A DNA stretch of 64,000 bases from Prochlorococcus sp. AG-409-I11 (GCA_003215725.1 QCJX01000002.1:32249-96248); one strand, 5' to 3'; numbered from the stretch's first letter, positions 9,942 through 21,799 are shown. Notes: a model not told the origin generated them from the sequence alone. Translations and numbers: made by a program.

Positions 9942-12059
9942 TTACGCGCTGAAAGTTGTTTTAGGTGATGAAATTGGGTATTGAATTCTTCTATGACGCA
10001 TTCTTCTCCAGACGTTAACGAAAGAACGTATAACTAATTCTATTTCGGTTCTTCTTAAGCTGCTTTCTTTTAGCTGGCCATCTCGTTGCCGAGACTCAAC
10101 GATTCTTCTCACTGTTGAACTTGCTTCTCCATTGGTGGCATTTGGATCTAAAGCTCTAAGTGCTGCTTCGCAACCATCGGCCAGCATCAGAATGGCCGTT
10201 TCTCTTGAACCAGGGATTGGTCCTTTATAACGAAACTTGCTTTCGGGAATGCTTGGTTCTTTTTGTCTGGCTTGATGAAGAAAATAACCCATTTTTAATG
10301 TTCCTTGATGTTCCGGAATGAACTCCGCAATAGGCCCTGGTAAGCGATGTTTCTTTGCAAGCTTTAGCCCTTCGTCGACATGTGCTTGAAGAACATTGGC
10401 ACTGACATAAGGATCATTAATTTCATCGTGAGGGTTTATTCCTTCCTCTTGATTTTCGATAAACCAATTCGGTGCATGTAGTTTCCCTATGTCGTGATAA
10501 AGACCTCCTGTTCGGATTAAATCAATATCTGCGCCTATCGCTCTAGCCCCTTCCTCTGCTAATCCACATATCATTAAAGTATGTTCGAATGTGCCTGGGG
10601 CTTCAATTGAGAGACGTCGCAAGAGAGGGCGTTCCTGATCAGCTAATTCCATTAACCTTGCTTTTGTAATGAGCCCAAACGTGCTCTCCAGGATTGGTAT
10701 TAGCAAAATACTAAACATCAGTATTGCCCCTAACACCACAGCCTCTGAGACCAATGCTTCGGAATTAGGGGCTAGCTTTCCCCAAGCACTATTAGCTGGT
10801 CCTAGTTGACTTCTTAAAAACAGCCATTCACTAATTAAAGCTCCAAAAGGTAATAAAACTGACATTTGCAGTAACTGTGCTCTGCTGCGCATCCTTCCAG
10901 CTTGAAAAGCAACTAATGCACCTGTTACGGCAGCAACAATTAATCGTCCTTCTCCTATTCCGCTTACAGGAATAGGCCATAAAAGACTTGCAATTGCCAT
11001 CCAGGCTAATGCTGAAGTAGTACCTACTCCTTGAGAGAGGAGCAGGGTTGGTGGAACTAGTATTGCTAAAGGACTAACAGCCGCTCCAAACCATATTTTG
11101 CTTAATTGAGCAATAAAAAGTAATCCCAAAGCAAATAGCCCATGCCTTGCAAGTAAACGAGGCTTTTCACGTCTCATGATTAGCAGCAAAACCCAACAAC
11201 TTGTCAAAGATTCACTGAAACTTGAGAACCACTCCAAAGGACGAGGACTTCGAGTGATCATTCCAAAATGATCCAGTACGTCATAAGCCTGTGGACTTAT
11301 AGATTCACCTTTACTGATAATTAAATCTCCCTTCTTAATTTGAATAGTGGGAATGCCCTGTTTTGTTATAAGTTCCTCTAGCAGCTGTTGACTTTTAGCT
11401 CTATCCATACGGAGATTGCTATTACCATGAAAAACATTTGCAATTAGTTTGCTGCCTAGGCTTCTAGAGGGGTTTTCTTGATCACCTAGAGCAGAGAGTT
11501 GTAAAAACGATGCTTCCTTTAGTTGATCAAGAGCCAAAGTTTTAACAAGCCCTTGACTGAGCATTTTTTTAGAGGTGGTTTTAATTATTTTTTCCCACGA
11601 CTTTCTCGTAGAATCTGATCTCCTTGAAAGCCATTTTTTTTCTTTAGGAGTGAGATTGATAGGTGAAATTCTTGCGGCCTCATTGCTTCTTGCAACAAGT
11701 TCCAGTTCATTGAGTTGTCTATCAAGGCGCTTTTGAAGCGACTCTGATTTTTGGATATCAATTACTTCCACAAAAGTTCGAGGAATTAAATCAGAACGCT
11801 TTTGCTGCAAGGCTTCACTGTCTTCTACTAAGGCATCTTCAGGAGCACTGGCTTCAAAGGGTGATTGCACTCCTGGTTTTAAATCTGGTTCAATTAATAA
11901 ATTCCAACTTGAAATAATGGCAACTATTAGACAGGTAATAATTAAACCAACCTTATCTGTTGAGGACCATTTAAGAACAGACCTTCGAGGCGATTCATAG
12001 CGTACCCAGCTTCGCCAGATTCTTTTTAAGCTAAGTATGTTGGCCACAGTATTTGGCAC
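9942..12059 (-). CDS. 7TM-receptor HD-domain (HDIG) phosphohydrolase, PgpH/YqfF-like
   Basis: Domain order is an N-terminal anchor, a ~270 aa extracytoplasmic region, multiple TM helices, then an HD domain containing GGLYHDIGK and PEHQGT. Confidence 0.8.
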   Translation of the reverse strand: MPNTVANILSLKRIWRSWVRYESPRRSVLKWSSTDKVGLIITCLIVAIISSWNLLIEPDLKPGVQSPFEASAPEDALVEDSEALQQKRSDLIPRTFVEVIDIQKSESLQKRLDRQLNELELVARSNEAARISPINLTPKEKKWLSRRSDSTRKSWEKIIKTTSKKMLSQGLVKTLALDQLKEASFLQLSALGDQENPSRSLGSKLIANVFHGNSNLRMDRAKSQQLLEELITKQGIPTIQIKKGDLIISKGESISPQAYDVLDHFGMITRSPRPLEWFSSFSESLTSCWVLLLIMRREKPRLLARHGLFALGLLFIAQLSKIWFGAAVSPLAILVPPTLLLSQGVGTTSALAWMAIASLLWPIPVSGIGEGRLIVAAVTGALVAFQAGRMRSRAQLLQMSVLLPFGALISEWLFLRSQLGPANSAWGKLAPNSEALVSEAVVLGAILMFSILLIPILESTFGLITKARLMELADQERPLLRRLSIEAPGTFEHTLMICGLAEEGARAIGADIDLIRTGGLYHDIGKLHAPNWFIENQEEGINPHDEINDPYVSANVLQAHVDEGLKLAKKHRLPGPIAEFIPEHQGTLKMGYFLHQARQKEPSIPESKFRYKGPIPGSRETAILMLADGCEAALRALDPNATNGEASSTVRRIVESRQRDGQLKESSLRRTEIELVIRSFVNVWRRMRHRRIQYPISSPKTTFSA

Positions 12060-12090
12060 ATGAGAATAACTTTAAAGCTTTATTCACGTC

Positions 12091-13026
12091 ATGCTGGAAG
12101 AAGTTTGTTTTTTATCCATGTCCAAAAAACTTGATGGGAAGCAACTCGCCAGAGAAATAGAGAGGAGACTTCATTCTGAGATAGAAGTTGGGTCGAAAAT
12201 TGTTGGTAGGGCACCAGGGCTTGCTGTCATTCGGGTAGGGAATGATCCTGCTAGTCAAGTTTACGTTGCCAATAAGGAAAAAGCATGTTTACGGATAGGT
12301 GTTAAAAGCTTTGGATCTCATTTGCCAGAGAATAGTTCTATAGAAGATGTACAAAAAAAAATTCAGGAACTTAATAATAATAATCATGTTGATGGCATCC
12401 TTTTGCAGTTACCTCTACCAAATGGTTTAAATGAAGCTTTGATTCTGAAATGTATAGATCCAAATAAAGATGTAGATGGCTTACATACTTTGAACTTAGG
12501 AAAACTTCTTAAAGGAGAACCCGGATTACGCTCATGCACTCCTGCGGGAGTAATGGCTTTATTGGCTCGTAATCAGATTCCTATAAAGGGCAAAAGAGCC
12601 GTCGTTATTGGTAGAAGCATCCTTGTAGGAAAACCAATGGCTTTAATGCTTCAGCATGCAAATGCAACAGTTAGTGTTGCACATTCGCAAACTAATGAAC
12701 TTGCTAGTTTGACAAGACAAGCTGAATTATTGATTGTGGCAGCAGGTAAACCACAAATGATTGGGAAAGAACATGTTCGAGAAAATGCAGTTGTAGTAGA
12801 TGTAGGAATTCACAGGGTCCCTGTTGACCCTTTATTAGGTAATAGTTCAACTTATAAACTTTGTGGTGATGTACGAGCCAATGAATTAGATGATATAGCA
12901 AGTGCTATTACGCCTGTCCCCGGTGGAGTTGGTCCTATGACAGTTTCAATGTTGCTTGTAAATACAGTTACGAGCTGGCAGCAGCATTGCGGTTTGTCCA
13001 TCACTCTTGGAGATTTTCTTCCATGA
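12091..13026 (+). CDS. folD: Bifunctional methylenetetrahydrofolate dehydrogenase/cyclohydrolase
   Basis: Motifs [11 protein letters not shown] and [11 protein letters not shown]. An alternative in-frame ATG lies at 12118 ([11 protein letters not shown]). Confidence 0.95.
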   Translation: MLEEVCFLSMSKKLDGKQLAREIERRLHSEIEVGSKIVGRAPGLAVIRVGNDPASQVYVANKEKACLRIGVKSFGSHLPENSSIEDVQKKIQELNNNNHVDGILLQLPLPNGLNEALILKCIDPNKDVDGLHTLNLGKLLKGEPGLRSCTPAGVMALLARNQIPIKGKRAVVIGRSILVGKPMALMLQHANATVSVAHSQTNELASLTRQAELLIVAAGKPQMIGKEHVRENAVVVDVGIHRVPVDPLLGNSSTYKLCGDVRANELDDIASAITPVPGGVGPMTVSMLLVNTVTSWQQHCGLSITLGDFLP

Positions 13027-13067
13027 GGGCCTTGGGCTGAGAGAATCTCGCAAATTAGATCTTTTAC

Positions 13068-13973
13068 ATGGAGGAAGTGACTAATTCTTCTTTTGACTTC
13101 CCCGGATATTTGGCTAAGTCCAAAATATTAGTGGAAACGGCTTTAGATGCTTCTCTAGGTCCTGAGAGGCCAGAACAGCTTCGTGAGGCAATGAGATATT
13201 CACTCCTCGCTGGAGGTAAGCGGCTTAGGCCGATTTTGTGTTTAGCCGCTTGTGAATTGGCAGGGGGAGATTCAAAACTTGCTTTGCCAACAGCAGTTGC
13301 TTTAGAGATGATCCATACGATGTCGTTAATCCATGATGATTTACCTGCAATGGATAACGATGATTTGCGTAGGGGGCGTCCTACTAACCACAAGGTTTAT
13401 GGAGATGCAATTGCGATCCTTGCAGGTGATGCACTTTTAACAAGAGCGTTTGAAATGGTTTCTTTACGTAGTCCAGGAGTACCTCCCGAAAGCCTTTTGA
13501 AGGTGGTTGGAGAATTGTCTTTAGTTGCAGGTGCGCCAGGTTTAGTTGGTGGTCAGGTTGAAGATCTTGAATGTGAGGGGAAAGAGGTTGATCTTGAAAC
13601 TTTGGAATTTATTCATCTCCATAAAACAGGCGCGCTTTTAAAAGCATGCGTTACTTGTGGAGCTCTTATTGGAGGAGCAAATAAGGAGCTCCTTAATGCA
13701 CTTACAACTTATGCAAATGCAATTGGGCTGGCCTTTCAAATTATTGACGACATACTTGACGTCACAGCTAGTAGTGATGTTCTTGGTAAAACAGCTGGAA
13801 AGGATTTGATATCTGATAAAACTACTTATCCAAAATTGCTTGGATTAGATGAATCAAGAAGGAAGGCGGATTTACTTGTTCAGAAGGCTAAGTCAGCTAT
13901 TCAGCCATTTGATCTTAAGGCGGCTGCTCCTCTTTTGTATTTGGCTGAATTCATCACTAATCGAGATAGATAA
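13068..13973 (+). CDS. crtE: Geranylgeranyl diphosphate synthase (polyprenyl synthetase)
   Basis: Both Asp-rich motifs are present: [17 protein letters not shown] and FQIIDDILD. Confidence 0.9.
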   Translation: MEEVTNSSFDFPGYLAKSKILVETALDASLGPERPEQLREAMRYSLLAGGKRLRPILCLAACELAGGDSKLALPTAVALEMIHTMSLIHDDLPAMDNDDLRRGRPTNHKVYGDAIAILAGDALLTRAFEMVSLRSPGVPPESLLKVVGELSLVAGAPGLVGGQVEDLECEGKEVDLETLEFIHLHKTGALLKACVTCGALIGGANKELLNALTTYANAIGLAFQIIDDILDVTASSDVLGKTAGKDLISDKTTYPKLLGLDESRRKADLLVQKAKSAIQPFDLKAAAPLLYLAEFITNRDR

Positions 13974-14482
13974 TGGTCCTTATCACTTCTATTCACCCTA
14001 TTTTGCAACTTCTTGATAATGATGTTTTGTTTTGGGGATTAACGGCTTGCGGGTTGGCTCAAATTTCCAAGTTGTTTTTTGAATGGTTTGCGTATCGCCG
14101 GTTTCGGTTATCTGTACTTATAGAAACTGGAGGGATGCCTTCTAGTCACTCAGCTCTTGTGATGGGTACGGCTTCTGGCCTTGGTTTGAAACTAGGTTTT
14201 GATCACCCGGCCTTTGCATTAGCTGCAACAATTGCATTTGTAGTCATGTATGACGCTAGTGGAGTAAGAATGTCGGCTGGCCTTACAGCAGAACGAGTTA
14301 ATAAATTGCTAGAGCAAAAAGGGTCCGAAGATTTTGAAAAACCTCTTAAAGAAAGTTTGGGTCATACACGCCTTGAGGTCTTGATAGGAAGTCTTCTTGG
14401 CCCAGCAATTGCTTTGCCTGGAATAGTTTTTATTGGTTCACCTCTTCATTTGATTCAGTTATTTGGGTTATTTCAAGTGTGA
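13973..14482 (+). CDS. Divergent PAP2 family (DUF212, acid phosphatase/haloperoxidase-related) membrane protein
   Basis: Motifs GGMPSSHSA, YDASGVR and LGHTRLEV. The start ATG overlaps the crtE stop (TAATG). Confidence 0.8.
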   Translation: MVLITSIHPILQLLDNDVLFWGLTACGLAQISKLFFEWFAYRRFRLSVLIETGGMPSSHSALVMGTASGLGLKLGFDHPAFALAATIAFVVMYDASGVRMSAGLTAERVNKLLEQKGSEDFEKPLKESLGHTRLEVLIGSLLGPAIALPGIVFIGSPLHLIQLFGLFQV

Positions 14483-15948
14483 AAAAAACTTCAGTTTTTA
14501 AAATATCTTCTGGTTTAACAAATGACCAGAGAAAAGCACTTGAATTGTTTAAGACCTGGCTAGAAAATAATTATTCAGGAAACCCATATATCCTTTCTGG
14601 ATATGCAGGAAGCGGTAAGACATATCTTTCGATGAAATTATTGAGATTAGTTGAAGAGAAAGATCTGTGTTGGACTGTTGCAGCACCTACTCATAAAGCT
14701 GTTGGAGTTTTGCGTCAATCGTTGGCATTTGAAAAATTAAGACCTACTTGGTATCCCTCAACAATTCATAGACTTTTGAGATTAAAGCTCAAACGAAAGG
14801 GGGATTTAGAAGTTTGTGAACGTACAAATCAAACACAAAGTTCTTTAGAACAATTGGGCTTGGTTTTGATTGATGAAGCCTCGATGATAGATAGCAATCT
14901 TCTCGAAATTATTTTTGAGTGTGCTCAAGCTTTTGGTACTCGAATTGTCTTTGTAGGAGACCCTGCTCAATTACCTCCTGTAGGAGAAGAGGAGAGTTCT
15001 GTTTTTACAATAAATAGAGCCTTGAAAGCTCAATTAAATGAAGTAATAAGGCATCAAGGACCTGTCTTGGATTTAGCTAATCATTTTAGAGAGGGTTCTC
15101 TCCCTTCTAGTGCTCCTCCATGTATGCCCATCCTTAGGACGGAAAAAGGCGCTGTTGGATTTTTAGGGCATCAAGAATGGCTTGAACAGGCAAAAGAGTC
15201 TTTAAGGCAATCTATGGAAAATAGTAATCCTGATGGGGCCAGAATTCTTTGTTATACCAATAGAAACCTTGAATCGTTAGTCCCTCATGCGCGAAGAGCT
15301 ATTCATGGTGAGATGGCTGATCAATTACCAGTACTCCCAGGAGAAGTATTGATTTCTAGGCAAGCTGTTATGGCTGCTGCTTCAGTTAATGGAGTGGCGG
15401 TTGGTGAAGAACCGGATATGGTTATTGGTTCAAATAGAGAAATGATAGTAAAGGATGTTACTCCAGAAAGATTCAACTTAATGGAGGTTGGTCTTGCTCA
15501 AATAGATGAATTAGATGTTCCTATTATTGAAACTTTGATAGCGAATGTTATCTGTGGTGAGATGCAGTTATCCCTGCGATTAATTCCGCCAGCAGATTCA
15601 GTCTCTAGGAAAATTCTCAACAGTACATTGCAAAAAATAAAAAATCAAGCAAAAGAAGCTGATAAACAAAATAGTCGTGCTCTATGGCGCCTTTTTTTTC
15701 TGGTTCGTGATTCATTTGCTTCTTTAGGACCCGCATCTGTTTTAACTGTGCATAGGAGTCAAGGAAGTACTTTTGAGGAAGTTTATGTGGCTTCAGATGT
15801 TTTTTGGCCAGGTAATACTCTCTTAAGAAAACAACTAGTGTATGTCGCAGTTAGCCGAGCAAGTAAAGGGGTTTGGATACTAGGGAATGAAAAAATACAT
15901 ACATCAAATAAAGGCTGGGAAGAGTTCTTGAAAAATAGAGGTAATTAA
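14479..15948 (+). CDS. SF1B helicase, Dda/RecD2-like (P-loop domain plus UvrD-like C-terminal domain)
   Basis: Motifs GYAGSGKTY, AAPTHKAV, STIHRLL, VLIDEASM, VGDPAQLPPV, TVHRSQGSTF and VYVAVSRA occur in the same order as in T4 Dda. The GTG start overlaps the upstream stop (GTGA). Confidence 0.8.
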   Translation: MKKTSVFKISSGLTNDQRKALELFKTWLENNYSGNPYILSGYAGSGKTYLSMKLLRLVEEKDLCWTVAAPTHKAVGVLRQSLAFEKLRPTWYPSTIHRLLRLKLKRKGDLEVCERTNQTQSSLEQLGLVLIDEASMIDSNLLEIIFECAQAFGTRIVFVGDPAQLPPVGEEESSVFTINRALKAQLNEVIRHQGPVLDLANHFREGSLPSSAPPCMPILRTEKGAVGFLGHQEWLEQAKESLRQSMENSNPDGARILCYTNRNLESLVPHARRAIHGEMADQLPVLPGEVLISRQAVMAAASVNGVAVGEEPDMVIGSNREMIVKDVTPERFNLMEVGLAQIDELDVPIIETLIANVICGEMQLSLRLIPPADSVSRKILNSTLQKIKNQAKEADKQNSRALWRLFFLVRDSFASLGPASVLTVHRSQGSTFEEVYVASDVFWPGNTLLRKQLVYVAVSRASKGVWILGNEKIHTSNKGWEEFLKNRGN

Positions 15949-15958
15949 GTTAATAAGA

Positions 15959-17362
15959 TTAATGTTGTAGTATAGATTTTTTCCATGCATTTAGAATACG
16001 TGCACTGCTAATCCAATGAAGATGAACCCAACTTGCATGAACTAAATTGTTGCTCCAACCTTCTTCCCTTTCTTTGACTCCCCAGCCTTTAATCCTCCAT
16101 GGCGGATTAAGTGAAGCAAGAAGATTATTTCCTTTAGATATTAACGAAGTATGTTTTTTGTTTAAGGAACTATATATATTCCATCTATGAAACTCATGAC
16201 CTACGAGCTTATCTCCTTTCTTAATAATAAGGCTATCTTGGATCCCAATTAGAGTTCTGTATCCAACATTAAGACTACCTTTTTTGGCCTCAAATGGTAA
16301 CAAGCCAGCCATAGGATAAATTTGGCCTTTTGAGCTTTGTAGAGATTCACCTAGTAATAGCATCCCTCCGCATTCTGCATATATAGGATGTTTGCCAAAG
16401 AACTGCTTAAGCGACTCGATACTTCTTGAGCAAGTACTAATTTGTTCTGCATACTCTTCAGGGAAACCTCCTGGGATTATTAAACCTTTTGCTTCTGATG
16501 GAATGGTTTTGTCTTGGGTGGGTTCCCATGGAATAGTTGGCATGCCGAGCGCTTCTAGACATTCTTTTGTTTCGGGGTAATGAAAGTGAAATGCCTTGTC
16601 ATTGGCTACTGCAATAGGATATGAATTGGCTTCTTTTTTGTTATCTACTTGTTGAATTATTTGATTTATTGGATTATTTGATTTAGATGGAGACCTTAAA
16701 AGAATTTTGAAAGCTTTTAAGTCTAGGTGTGATTTTGCAATTTCTGACCATTCTTTTTTACGAGTCTCTATTTTTTTTAATTCATGTGCAGGAATAAGTC
16801 CAAGATTCTTGCTGGCAATTATAAGCTCGGGGTGAGTAGGCAGAAATCCTAAGCTTCTAACATCGATGCTTGTAAGAACTTCTTCTAATAATTGTTTGTG
16901 GCGGATTGTGTTGACGTTATTTAAGACAACACCTGCAAGGTTTAGTTCTTTATCATGATCGCGAAATCCTTTGACAAGTGCCGCAATAGAAGCGCCTTGT
17001 CCTTTCGCGTTAACAACTAGAACTATTGGAAGATTTAAATGCTTAGCAACTGCTGCGGTGCTCCCATTGTCTGAACTACCTATTCCATCGAATAATCCCA
17101 TTACTCCTTCAACTAGAGCTAAGTCACAATTCCCACCAAAGCCCTTAAAGCTATCTTTTACCCAATTGGGACCAGAAAGAATAAGGTCGAGATTTCTGCA
17201 AGGTATTTTTGAAACGGCGCTTAATTGTTGAGCATCTAAGTAATCGGGGCCAACTTTAAAGGTTTGAATGCTCAATCCGTTGGTCGATGCCCAGGAACTA
17301 ATGACAAGGCTTAAAAGAGTTTTCCCGCTTCCACTTGATGGTGCAGCTATTACACATGCCAT
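15959..17362 (-). CDS. cobB: Cobyrinic acid a,c-diamide synthase
   Basis: N-terminal P-loop APSSGSGKT and a C-terminal glutamine amidotransferase motif YAECGGMLLLG. Confidence 0.9.
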   Translation of the reverse strand: MACVIAAPSSGSGKTLLSLVISSWASTNGLSIQTFKVGPDYLDAQQLSAVSKIPCRNLDLILSGPNWVKDSFKGFGGNCDLALVEGVMGLFDGIGSSDNGSTAAVAKHLNLPIVLVVNAKGQGASIAALVKGFRDHDKELNLAGVVLNNVNTIRHKQLLEEVLTSIDVRSLGFLPTHPELIIASKNLGLIPAHELKKIETRKKEWSEIAKSHLDLKAFKILLRSPSKSNNPINQIIQQVDNKKEANSYPIAVANDKAFHFHYPETKECLEALGMPTIPWEPTQDKTIPSEAKGLIIPGGFPEEYAEQISTCSRSIESLKQFFGKHPIYAECGGMLLLGESLQSSKGQIYPMAGLLPFEAKKGSLNVGYRTLIGIQDSLIIKKGDKLVGHEFHRWNIYSSLNKKHTSLISKGNNLLASLNPPWRIKGWGVKEREEGWSNNLVHASWVHLHWISSARILNAWKKSILQH

Positions 17363-17386
17363 ATTGTTTTTTCTTAGAAGTATTTT

Positions 17387-18697
17387 TTAGCTCAAGCTGG
17401 TGCTTGCCATCTCAAGTAGTTTTTTGGCTAGAGGTGCTGCTGATGAGAGGAGAGGGCTTGTGCTCCCTCTACTACTCCCAAGAAGGCGTGCAACATCCAT
17501 TTCTGTAGAGCTGTTTTGTAAGGGGACAACTTCTTCTAAAAGTTCCATGCTTGCCATCCCTCCTGCTTCTAGTCGCATGCATTCACCTGACTCTGATGCC
17601 AGAATTACACATACACCTTTGCTGGGATTGTTATTTGGCTTGCAAATGAGTCTGAGACCAACGATTTGTCCTGGATGAATACTTGGATTGCCAACAGGTA
17701 AAGAATGAAGGCAGAACTTTATGCCTGTTTTGTTCTCACAAAGAAAATTAGCTTCAATAATATCTTTGTCCGGTGAATGACATTCTTTTAACGTCCAATT
17801 CAATCTATTTGCTATCCACGCGACTAGTAGAAGACCTTGTGCTGGATGATGACCTTGGATGTCTATGTCTAGTTTCACTACATGATTAAGGTTATCTCTT
17901 CTATTGGGGGGGTCGAAAACCATGGCCAGGGTTTCTCTCCAACTACGCAGTCTTAACCAATTAAGGTCATTCACGGCTTGTCCGGTTTTGATTCTTTCTT
18001 CCAGCGTCTCTAGACAATTAAAAGGATCCCCTAAGGCAGTATCTAAGATTATTCGACGTTTCTTTAAGGCAAGTTTGTTTAAAAGGTCTGGTGCTTCATC
18101 AAGGCTTCCATTCCACCAAAGCCATGAAGGAAGATCTTCGGGGACAAGGTTGTCAACTATTGATAAGCCACTATTAAGAGCATTGATATCTCCTCGAAGA
18201 ACTACTACATCTCCGCAAGCTGAATTACCTCCTCCTTCTTCAGGAAGCGGGCAATATGCTGCCACTAATGTTTCTAGTTCGTTTGGTTGATCAATTGTTG
18301 GTGCAAGAGTGATTAGACGTCTTGGTTGTAATTCACTGATAGCCGAATCGATATGTTGACCTCTTAAATCATTGATATTTTTATATGAATCAGTAATGGG
18401 AAGAGATGCTGCAACTGTTTTATCAAGAGGAGGAGTGCTATGTGGCAGGTTTCGATCTAAAACAACTTGTCGAGCTGCTTCAATAATTTCATTTCTTTGA
18501 TTACCAATTATTGGGCCTTTAATTTTTTCAATTTTTACTAGCTTTTGTTCAAGCCAAGCAGGTTGCCAAATCAGCATTGAAAAAGTATTGGCCCCTAAAT
18601 TATCCGCTTGATCATTAGCCCATAGTTGTGCAAGGTAGCTTGGAATTTCTGAGGGTGGTAATTGAAGTGGAGTTTGAAGCGTTAGTTGAGGAGACAT
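17387..18697 (-). CDS. opcA: Glucose-6-phosphate dehydrogenase assembly protein OpcA
   Basis: The 436 aa ORF lies directly downstream of zwf on the same strand, and its length and sequence are OpcA-like. Confidence 0.85.
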   Translation of the reverse strand: MSPQLTLQTPLQLPPSEIPSYLAQLWANDQADNLGANTFSMLIWQPAWLEQKLVKIEKIKGPIIGNQRNEIIEAARQVVLDRNLPHSTPPLDKTVAASLPITDSYKNINDLRGQHIDSAISELQPRRLITLAPTIDQPNELETLVAAYCPLPEEGGGNSACGDVVVLRGDINALNSGLSIVDNLVPEDLPSWLWWNGSLDEAPDLLNKLALKKRRIILDTALGDPFNCLETLEERIKTGQAVNDLNWLRLRSWRETLAMVFDPPNRRDNLNHVVKLDIDIQGHHPAQGLLLVAWIANRLNWTLKECHSPDKDIIEANFLCENKTGIKFCLHSLPVGNPSIHPGQIVGLRLICKPNNNPSKGVCVILASESGECMRLEAGGMASMELLEEVVPLQNSSTEMDVARLLGSSRGSTSPLLSSAAPLAKKLLEMASTSLS

Positions 18698-18734
18698 GGC
18701 ATAGTTATATTTGGAGTAATTAGGAGTTTTGTAC

Positions 18735-20258
18735 TTAAGGGCGCCGCCAAAGTAGACGATCTTTAGCTAATAGAGCATCTGATTCTGCAGGCCCCCAAGT
18801 TCTAGATTCATATTTGTGAATTGGTAGTTGCCACGGATTGTTTTCAAGTAACTCTAAAATCGGTGTATAAAGACGCCATGCTGCTTCGACTTCATCTCCT
18901 CGAGTGAAAAGTGTTGGATCTCCGAGCATTGCATCCGCTAAAAGCCTTACATAGCCTTCATCGGAAGGCTCGCCGAAAGACTCGTCATAGGAGAAGTCCA
19001 TCTCAACGGGACGACTTCGCATCCCAGAACCTGGAGATTTGACTTCAAAATGAAATTCAGCGCCTTCATTTGGCTGAATTCTAAGAATCAGTTGATTAGC
19101 TGTAGGACTGCCACCTGCAGAATCGAATAAATGAACTGGCGCCTCTCGAAAGGTAAGCACTACTTCACTTAACCTTTTTGCTAAACGTTTTCCTGTTCTC
19201 ATATAAAACGGAACTCCTTGCCAGCGCCAATTATCTATAAATAATTTCAATGCCACATAAGTTTCGGTGGTGCTATTTGCATCGACTCCTGGCTCATCCT
19301 TGTAAGCCAAAATAGGATCTTTTAGACTTCCTCCTTTCCCATATTGTCCTCTGACACAACAATTCCACGGCTCGGCTTCATCGGCTAAACGTGCAACTTG
19401 AAGGACTTTTGCTTTTTCATTTCTTATTGCTTCTGGATCAAAATGACCAGGTGGTTCCATTGCTGTTATTGCAAGCATTTGAGTTAAATGGTTTTGGACC
19501 ATATCCCTTAAAGCACCTGCACTCTCGTAATATCCCGCTCTATCTTCTACTCCAACAGTTTCTGCAGCTGTAATTTGAATGCTTGATATGTAATTTCTAT
19601 TCCATATTGGTTCAAAAATAGCATTGGCGAATCTAAGTACAAGAATATTTTGGACTGTTTCTTTCCCTAAGTAATGATCAATTCTATAAATTTGGCTTTC
19701 TTTCCCACAACTTTGAACTAATTGGTTTAAAGCTTGAGCACTGCCATAATCCCTACCAAAAGGTTTCTCTATTACTATTCGACTTCTTTTGGGATCATTT
19801 AAAAGACCTGCTGATGCTAAGGCTCTACAACCACTTCCATAAAATTTAGGAGACACAGAAAAATAAAATGTGCGATTTCCGTGCGTTGCACGAATACGAT
19901 CAATTTCTTCCAATCTTGTCCCTAGCTTTAGTAGATCTTCTGAACGTTGTAGATCTATCGATTCATAGAAAAGTCCTGATGAAAATTGAGCCCATTCGAG
20001 AGAGTGATTTGCTATTTCTTTTTTGAGAGCATTGGCCATCCTATTGCGAAATTCTTCATCAGACCATGGCCTTCTTGCGCAACCAAGGAGGGCAAATTCG
20101 CTAGGTAGACGCCTTTGTTTGTATAGCTCAAATAGAGCTGGAACAAGCTTCCTTTGAGTGAGATCTCCACTGGCACCAAAAATAATTAGGCACTGTGGAG
20201 CTATTACTCGTTCTTGACGCAGCCCAACCCTTAATGGATTTGTAGTCGGGTTGCTCAT
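18735..20258 (-). CDS. zwf: Glucose-6-phosphate 1-dehydrogenase
   Basis: Motifs FGASGDLTQRKL and RIDHYLGKE. Confidence 0.95.
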   Translation of the reverse strand: MSNPTTNPLRVGLRQERVIAPQCLIIFGASGDLTQRKLVPALFELYKQRRLPSEFALLGCARRPWSDEEFRNRMANALKKEIANHSLEWAQFSSGLFYESIDLQRSEDLLKLGTRLEEIDRIRATHGNRTFYFSVSPKFYGSGCRALASAGLLNDPKRSRIVIEKPFGRDYGSAQALNQLVQSCGKESQIYRIDHYLGKETVQNILVLRFANAIFEPIWNRNYISSIQITAAETVGVEDRAGYYESAGALRDMVQNHLTQMLAITAMEPPGHFDPEAIRNEKAKVLQVARLADEAEPWNCCVRGQYGKGGSLKDPILAYKDEPGVDANSTTETYVALKLFIDNWRWQGVPFYMRTGKRLAKRLSEVVLTFREAPVHLFDSAGGSPTANQLILRIQPNEGAEFHFEVKSPGSGMRSRPVEMDFSYDESFGEPSDEGYVRLLADAMLGDPTLFTRGDEVEAAWRLYTPILELLENNPWQLPIHKYESRTWGPAESDALLAKDRLLWRRP

Positions 20259-20375
20259 TTGATCATTGCCTCAGCCAGAAAAAAGCACTAATTAATTGAT
20301 TCAAAGTGTTCGTGCGGATATGGCTATGATTTGTTCTCAGATGCCCAAAATATTCAATAGCTTTAGTTATGAGTC

Positions 20376-20441
20376 AAAAAAGACAATCCAAAGTAAGCCA
20401 TATTTGATATATGGCTTACTTTGGATTGTCTTTTTTTTTTT
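20376..20441 (-). terminator. Intrinsic terminator downstream of petH (perfect long hairpin with flanking A/T runs)
   Basis: Arms 20381-20402 (agacaatccaaagtaagccata) and 20410-20431 are perfectly complementary over 22 bp, with a 7-nt loop. The hairpin is followed by a T-run on the minus-strand transcript and also by T10 on the plus strand. Confidence 0.7.
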
Positions 20442-20444
20442 GAG

Positions 20445-21539
<1,095 letters not shown>

Positions 21540-21799
21540 CTAAAAACCGGGTCGAGAATACCAATATCACCCCTTAGTTAGCTGTTAATTCTCATTCCTA
21601 GAGGGTACGTTTTGAGATTGGCACAAGTCTTAAAGATTCTGATTTGTGCCACGAAAGCCTTCTCTTCTGTATGGTTTGTAGCTTCATTAAGAAAAAAATC
21701 GCATTGACGTCTTTCCTTTTGAAAAACAGTTCTTTCATTTCTAAGCCTGTTTCAGCAGTGGAGACACAAGCGCTAAGGAATAAGACTATTGAGCAGACC

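Noticed and set aside
15959-17386. Cobalamin riboswitch near cobB, and TPP riboswitch near the MTH1187-family gene at 9033
   Set aside because: The upstream spacers are only ~20-25 nt, which leaves no room for a riboswitch aptamer.
21644-21799. N-terminal extension of the SRPBCC gene suggested by the ORF track (TTG 21644)
   Set aside because: The extension (MCHESLLFCMVCSFIKKKIALTSFLLKNSS...) is low-complexity, starts at a weak TTG and lies in the petH divergent promoter region. ATG 21800, directly before the conserved domain, is more plausible.
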